Assembly (NCBI GenBank): GCA_963668625.2
Contig: CAXXKA010000008.1
Location: forward strand, 992,001-1,056,000
DNA length: 64,000 nt
DNA from: an uncultured candidate division Zixibacteria bacterium
Lineage (GTDB): Bacteria; Zixibacteria; MSB-5A5; UBA10806; 4484-95
Direction: 5' to 3'
Part shown: in pieces, positions 59,435-64,000 of the stretch
Position numbering within the stretch: position 1 is the first letter of the stretch
Layout of the letters: each line of letters begins with the position of its first letter
The notes under the pieces: model-generated
What the model saw: only the letters and a program-made list of their open reading frames with translations
What the model was told of the DNA's origin: nothing
The model's database searches: none
Made by a program: the position numbers and the translations under genes

Positions 59435-62400
59435 TTGTCCTCCCAATCAACTACACCTAAGCAAACAGGGGGCGGTGGTTTTCAGTTTGAAAATAAGGTA
59501 GGGGCTTACTTTTTATCATTTTTGTTGGCAGGCAAACCACCGTTTGAGCCAGAATTGGGTATAATTAAACGCTTAGATTTTCAAGTATTAAAGGGTGGCT
59601 GGCTTTTAGACGATTTACTTTTAACCCTAGAATCATCGGAAATCGTCAGACGTTGTGCATTTTCCATAAAAAGCAACAAGCAAATTACTAAAAATGGAGC
59701 CCCCAGCGATTTCGTTAATCTAATTTGGCGGCAATATTTACATGAAAATACTGATAAATTTAATTCTGATTTGGATTATCTGGGATTAATTTCTAAACCT
59801 TTTGCGCAAAATGTAAGAAATAAACTCGATGTACTTTTAAATTACTCACAAAAGCAAGATTCTGAAAACTTAAATGTACGACTGAAAGATGATAGTAGCT
59901 TAGTTGAGATATCTAGTAGCTTTAATTGTCCAGCCGACTTAGCTAGCAAATATAGCGTTACTGAAAAAAGTATAGGGGAATTGCTTAGTCACCTACTGAT
60001 TATTGATTGTGATTTTGATACCTCTATTCAAACATGGCAAAATACTGCATTTCAAAATTGTCAAGATACTTTAAAAAGTGGTTCTCCTGATGAAGCACGT
60101 AATCTTTGGGAAAGCCTTTTAATAGTTTCTCAAGATTATGATTCAAGTGGAGGAGGCATAACATACATTGATCTAATTAATTTGTTAAGAAGTCGATTTA
60201 AGTTAAAACACCATCCTGTTTACGACGGCGATTGGCGAATATTGGAAGAGTTGAAAAACGGTTATCTTAGCAGCATTAAAGATACGATTGGTAAAAACAT
60301 ATCGATACATAGAAATGAAAAAATCGTTGAGCTTAAACGAAAAACTGAGACTAACTCTATATTAATCATTATTGGAGTGAGTGGGATTGGTAAGACAGTA
60401 CTAGCCAAGCATTTCGTCGAAGATGTAAGTACATATAAGACTATATGGCTACCAGCAAGCAGTTTTTTAAGACAAGATTACGCTTCATTTGAGAATAGCT
60501 TAAATTTAAGTTATTCTCTCGCAGAATTAATAAATATTGTTCCAGAAGAGCATGCATATTTTATTATTGATAGCTTTGAGCAATTACGTACTGATGAAGC
60601 AAAGAGAAATTTAAGAATTATTATTAAAGCCTTAAAGTTAGGAAACATAAATAGCCCTTGGAAATTGCTAATTACATATAGAGCGGAAGATCTAAGCCAA
60701 ATGTATGGCATGTTAAGAGATTCGGACTTACCACTTGAATTCACATATTTCATGCAATTAGGGGATATTGAAAAAGACGAATCCAAGGAAATTTTAAACG
60801 GATTTCCTAGCTTGGAGAAACTAGCGCATAATCCAAACATTCGAAACATACTAAAAAATCCTAAATTTCTTGACTTGATTATTACAAGGCTTCAATACAA
60901 TTCCAATCTTGAACTGCCAGAATGGATAGGTGAATCCCATTTAATTGATTGGTATTGGGAAACTGCAATAAAGCAACCTTCAAGTGGAATGATTCGTGAT
61001 AATTTCTTACAAAAGCTTAGCCAAATTCAAGCTGATAAATTTGAAACTGAGACGCCTTTAATAGATTTTCAAACGTCTGAATTGAGCATTATCGATGAAC
61101 TTAAACTGGAAAACGTATGCCGAGAGCAAAATGAACAAATATCATTCTTTCATGATATTTTGGGGGATTGGGCGAGGCAAAGGATATTAATAAGCAAATC
61201 AAATAGTATATCTGAAATTATAAAGGAAAAAGTAAATTACCCGTCATGGCATAGGGCGATTAGGCTATATTGCCATCATCTTTTAGAAAATAATAGAATA
61301 GAAATATGGTCCAAGCTTTTAGATGATCTAAGTACCGCTGAGCAAGAATTCAACCTATCTCAAGATATTGTGCTTGACTCAGTAATCTATACTGTAAATG
61401 AATTATCAATGCTTGAATCTATCTGGCCTCAACTTATTAAAGATAAGGGAGTATTGTTAAGACGGTTATTGAACCGATTTTTACATATAGCAACTTATCC
61501 TAACCCAATTTACTTAACAATCGCGCATACTTTTCATCTTGATAAAGATTTGAGCTTTGCGACATTAAATCGAGTGCCATATTGGCCGTATTGGTTACCA
61601 TTATTAGAATTGATAGACAATCACAAAAGCGAAGCAAAGCAATATGCTATGAAACAGGTTTCCGAATTAGCAGATATTTGGCTACGGCAAGGTGCAAAGA
61701 TTTGGCCACTAAGAAAAGAGATAGCTCAAATAGCACTCGATATAGCTAATAATATTTTAGAACAGAAATTAATGGGACCTACAATTGTAAATAACAAGAT
61801 TGATAATACTGCATACAGAGCTGCTTTAGCTGGTGTCGATGTATTGCCTAATGAAGTTGCTGAATTTGCATTAAGAGCATGTAAGCGCAAAGTATCTCAA
61901 CTGTTACCTAAAAGTATTCGAGTACAATCTATAATGGGGACTTATGAAAGTGAAATCCCAGCCCCTTGGCCCAGAGGCCCACTTGCAAGACCAGACCATG
62001 CATTCAGGGATTTATGCTTAGGGGCAAGCGATCATGATACAATGTATCCTTTAATACTAAGCATGCCTCATATTGCCCGTGAAGTAATTTTAGCTTTGCT
62101 AATTGAAGAACCAAAGCCTTCTGATCCCTTTGAATATCGTATAAGGGATACGTATGAAATCGTAGATATGCATGGTTGGTTCCCACCGTTTTATACACAC
62201 GGCACGTTTTATTTCTTTTTAAAATCTAATGTATTAGAAGGCGTTGGCCTTATTTTAGATTTAGTCAATTTTGCAACAGAAAGATGGGCTGCATATCGTG
62301 AAAAAGAAGAGGATGAAGTACCGGGCTTAGAGATAGAAATTATTAGTAACAAAAGAATATGGTTGGGAGATGGAAGAGTATATTTCTGGTATAGGGGTGA

Positions 62401-64000
62401 ATATAGTTGTCCCCAAGCTGTTGCATCGGCATTAATGGCGCTAGAAAAATATTTAACTGATGAAATAGATTCAAATAAATCCATCAATACTATAATAGAT
62501 TTGATATTAAAAAACGCAAAATCCTTAGCATTTATAGGTTTACTTATATCTATTACCAAGAAAGACAATTCTTTGCTAAAAGGGCAATTAAAAGATTTAA
62601 TCCGTATACCAGAGATACATTTATGGGAAATGCAATACTTCCTCGATTCTCATAGCTATCAGTTAATCGGCTGGGCTACTAAAGGCGAGTATATGCTAAA
62701 ATTAGCGCAAGAGTGGCAAAATCTTAAGCACAGGACGATTGGATTTGATTATGTTTGTCTTCATTTTTTTGTCAGTTCAGAAGACATGAAAGAGTATTTT
62801 GAAGACGTCCTTTCAAAATGGAGATTAGAATATGAAGCTCTTGAAGATAATCACTATCTTAAAAACTATCTGGAAAAGTTAATCGCTCAATATGATAGCC
62901 GTAATTGGCAAAAAAAGATACATCCTCAATACGGAGAATGTTTCGAATTTGTCCCGCCAAAAGAATTGCGCGAAAAAAGCGAAAAATATGCAAAAGATTC
63001 AGAAATGGAAAGGCTTTTACTATACTGGCCGATGCAATGCTCACAAATACTTAAAGATAAATTGCCGTTAAAAATCGATGAGCTTGAATCAATATGGCCA
63101 ATAATACAAAAGCTTTATAAAATGGAATTATCAGCTGACCTGATAAAGAAAGATATTAAAAAAGAAGATGCTATATGCGGCTGTATAGCCGTTATTTTTA
63201 TTCTCCAAAGAGAATGGCTAAGGGATAATCTTGAATATGAGAATTGGTGTATTAATTATATAATCGAGACAATTAAAAATCCTATACAATTTGATGTGGA
63301 TGATAGCTCATTCAGTATAACCTACTGGACATGGGACTATTTTTGCGCCTTGGTAATCCCATATATCTGGGCAGAAGATACCGAATCTAAAGATATTAGG
63401 AATTGTATGTTATTAATGTTACGATTCCCTCGTTACTCAACTGTTCAAGCACTTTTTAAGTCCGCAATTGACAACCGAGTTAATTTAGGACTTAATTTAA
63501 ATCAAATTCAGAATTACATTCTCGCTTATTCAGGGGCAAAATGGCTTTACGATCACACGAAGCATTTGGGTAAATCGCAGTTTAAACTTGATAGATGGTT
63601 CAATAAAGAAAAAATAATTTTTATTAAGAACAAGTACCCAAAAGAACTATTATCGTGGGATAAATTAATGCCCAAAGATAGCTATTGGAATAGGTTGATA
63701 AGACGTAGAAAGTATCCAAGACAATACTCACAGTTACAAGAGTTGCCAAATTTGGATTTGTATTTAATCCAGAATGCCTTTAGCTATTTGCCTGATTTAA
63801 AGGATGCAATTGACGATTTCCAAAGAACACAGTGGATCAAGTTTTGGAAAGAATCGTTAAATTACATGCTTGCAATAATTAGTGAACGTACAAAAGACAA
63901 TGACGAGATAAATGGGACTCCATACGATTGGGATAGGTGGGTACTAAGACGCATATCCCGACTTTTATTAGAATTGGATAATAGCGAAAATCAAGAATTA
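59435..64000 (+). CDS. Large STAND NTPase with N-terminal nuclease-like domain (Avs/AVAST-like), 3'-truncated by the window
   Basis: TTG 59435 after AAGGGG; MSSQSTTPKQTGGGGFQFENKVGAY...LDDLLL...SIKS; Walker A IIGVSGIGKT (about 60370) and Walker B FIIDSFE in frame; same frame open at the window end (>1500 aa). Confidence 0.85.
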   Translation, partial: MSSQSTTPKQTGGGGFQFENKVGAYFLSFLLAGKPPFEPELGIIKRLDFQVLKGGWLLDDLLLTLESSEIVRRCAFSIKSNKQITKNGAPSDFVNLIWRQYLHENTDKFNSDLDYLGLISKPFAQNVRNKLDVLLNYSQKQDSENLNVRLKDDSSLVEISSSFNCPADLASKYSVTEKSIGELLSHLLIIDCDFDTSIQTWQNTAFQNCQDTLKSGSPDEARNLWESLLIVSQDYDSSGGGITYIDLINLLRSRFKLKHHPVYDGDWRILEELKNGYLSSIKDTIGKNISIHRNEKIVELKRKTETNSILIIIGVSGIGKTVLAKHFVEDVSTYKTIWLPASSFLRQDYASFENSLNLSYSLAELINIVPEEHAYFIIDSFEQLRTDEAKRNLRIIIKALKLGNINSPWKLLITYRAEDLSQMYGMLRDSDLPLEFTYFMQLGDIEKDESKEILNGFPSLEKLAHNPNIRNILKNPKFLDLIITRLQYNSNLELPEWIGESHLIDWYWETAIKQPSSGMIRDNFLQKLSQIQADKFETETPLIDFQTSELSIIDELKLENVCREQNEQISFFHDILGDWARQRILISKSNSISEIIKEKVNYPSWHRAIRLYCHHLLENNRIEIWSKLLDDLSTAEQEFNLSQDIVLDSVIYTVNELSMLESIWPQLIKDKGVLLRRLLNRFLHIATYPNPIYLTIAHTFHLDKDLSFATLNRVPYWPYWLPLLELIDNHKSEAKQYAMKQVSELADIWLRQGAKIWPLRKEIAQIALDIANNILEQKLMGPTIVNNKIDNTAYRAALAGVDVLPNEVAEFALRACKRKVSQLLPKSIRVQSIMGTYESEIPAPWPRGPLARPDHAFRDLCLGASDHDTMYPLILSMPHIAREVILALLIEEPKPSDPFEYRIRDTYEIVDMHGWFPPFYTHGTFYFFLKSNVLEGVGLILDLVNFATERWAAYREKEEDEVPGLEIEIISNKRIWLGDGRVYFWYRGEYSCPQAVASALMALEKYLTDEIDSNKSINTIIDLILKNAKSLAFIGLLISITKKDNSLLKGQLKDLIRIPEIHLWEMQYFLDSHSYQLIGWATKGEYMLKLAQEWQNLKHRTIGFDYVCLHFFVSSEDMKEYFEDVLSKWRLEYEALEDNHYLKNYLEKLIAQYDSRNWQKKIHPQYGECFEFVPPKELREKSEKYAKDSEMERLLLYWPMQCSQILKDKLPLKIDELESIWPIIQKLYKMELSADLIKKDIKKEDAICGCIAVIFILQREWLRDNLEYENWCINYIIETIKNPIQFDVDDSSFSITYWTWDYFCALVIPYIWAEDTESKDIRNCMLLMLRFPRYSTVQALFKSAIDNRVNLGLNLNQIQNYILAYSGAKWLYDHTKHLGKSQFKLDRWFNKEKIIFIKNKYPKELLSWDKLMPKDSYWNRLIRRRKYPRQYSQLQELPNLDLYLIQNAFSYLPDLKDAIDDFQRTQWIKFWKESLNYMLAIISERTKDNDEINGTPYDWDRWVLRRISRLLLELDNSENQEL

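Larger units (their letters stand above)
37634..64000. mobile_element. Integrative satellite/IME-like defence island at tRNA-Met (right end beyond the window)
   Basis: Integrase and excisionase next to the tRNA, arm repeats CGGTAACA x2 (37706-37724), primase-helicase, iterons, visibly AT-richer sequence, defence cargo; no capsid or conjugation genes seen. Confidence 0.85.

Noticed and set aside
55574-59435. Integron cassette array
   Set aside because: Spacers are too short and show no RYYYAAC...GTTRRRY attC structure; the integrase is tRNA-targeting type
183-63044. Many short antisense or nested ORFs in the track (e.g. 2565..2996, 19654..20136, 28393..28851, 60511..60849)
   Set aside because: Shadows of longer well-supported genes, with no motifs or RBS

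Overview
Bacterial DNA, most consistent with an FCB-related lineage such as Zixibacteria (inferred from NYPNPFN-type C-terminal sorting domains, dockerin-like tails, a GGGPS/PcrB gene and TrmB regulators). There are three blocks. (1) 1-24.6 kb is an accessory region abutting the 3' end of a minus-strand tRNA-Asp. It holds three TrmB-family regulators interleaved with six large secreted modular proteins (an S8 protease, a protease-less propeptide protein, two PPC-like/Cys-rich proteins, an LVIVD-repeat protein and a 15x GACC cysteine-repeat protein). It also holds a decayed IS, an IS200/IS605-type end, a broken ubiquitin-like gene and an orphan copy of the 3' half of tRNA-Met with arm-type repeats. 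(2) 24.7-37.6 kb is a core block: tRNA-Asp, a Wzx flippase frameshifted in a 9-nt homopolymer, gmhA, GGGPS/pcrB, alaS, an IS4-disrupted membrane glycosyltransferase, pcrA/uvrD, a Tat-signal aminotransferase with a sorting domain, and tRNA-Met. (3) 37.6-64 kb is a satellite/IME-like element integrated at tRNA-Met: integrase, excisionase, an IS3-disrupted regulator, a primase-helicase and an iteron origin. It carries a co-directional defence stack of at least 15 kb: PLD-SNF2 helicase, Type ISP/IIG-like methyltransferase, three PD-(D/E)xK-like proteins, an HhH DNA glycosylase, a TIR-like membrane protein and a >1500-aa STAND (Avs-like) protein that runs off the window and is missing from the ORF track. 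All family calls come from motif recognition by eye; no searches were run.
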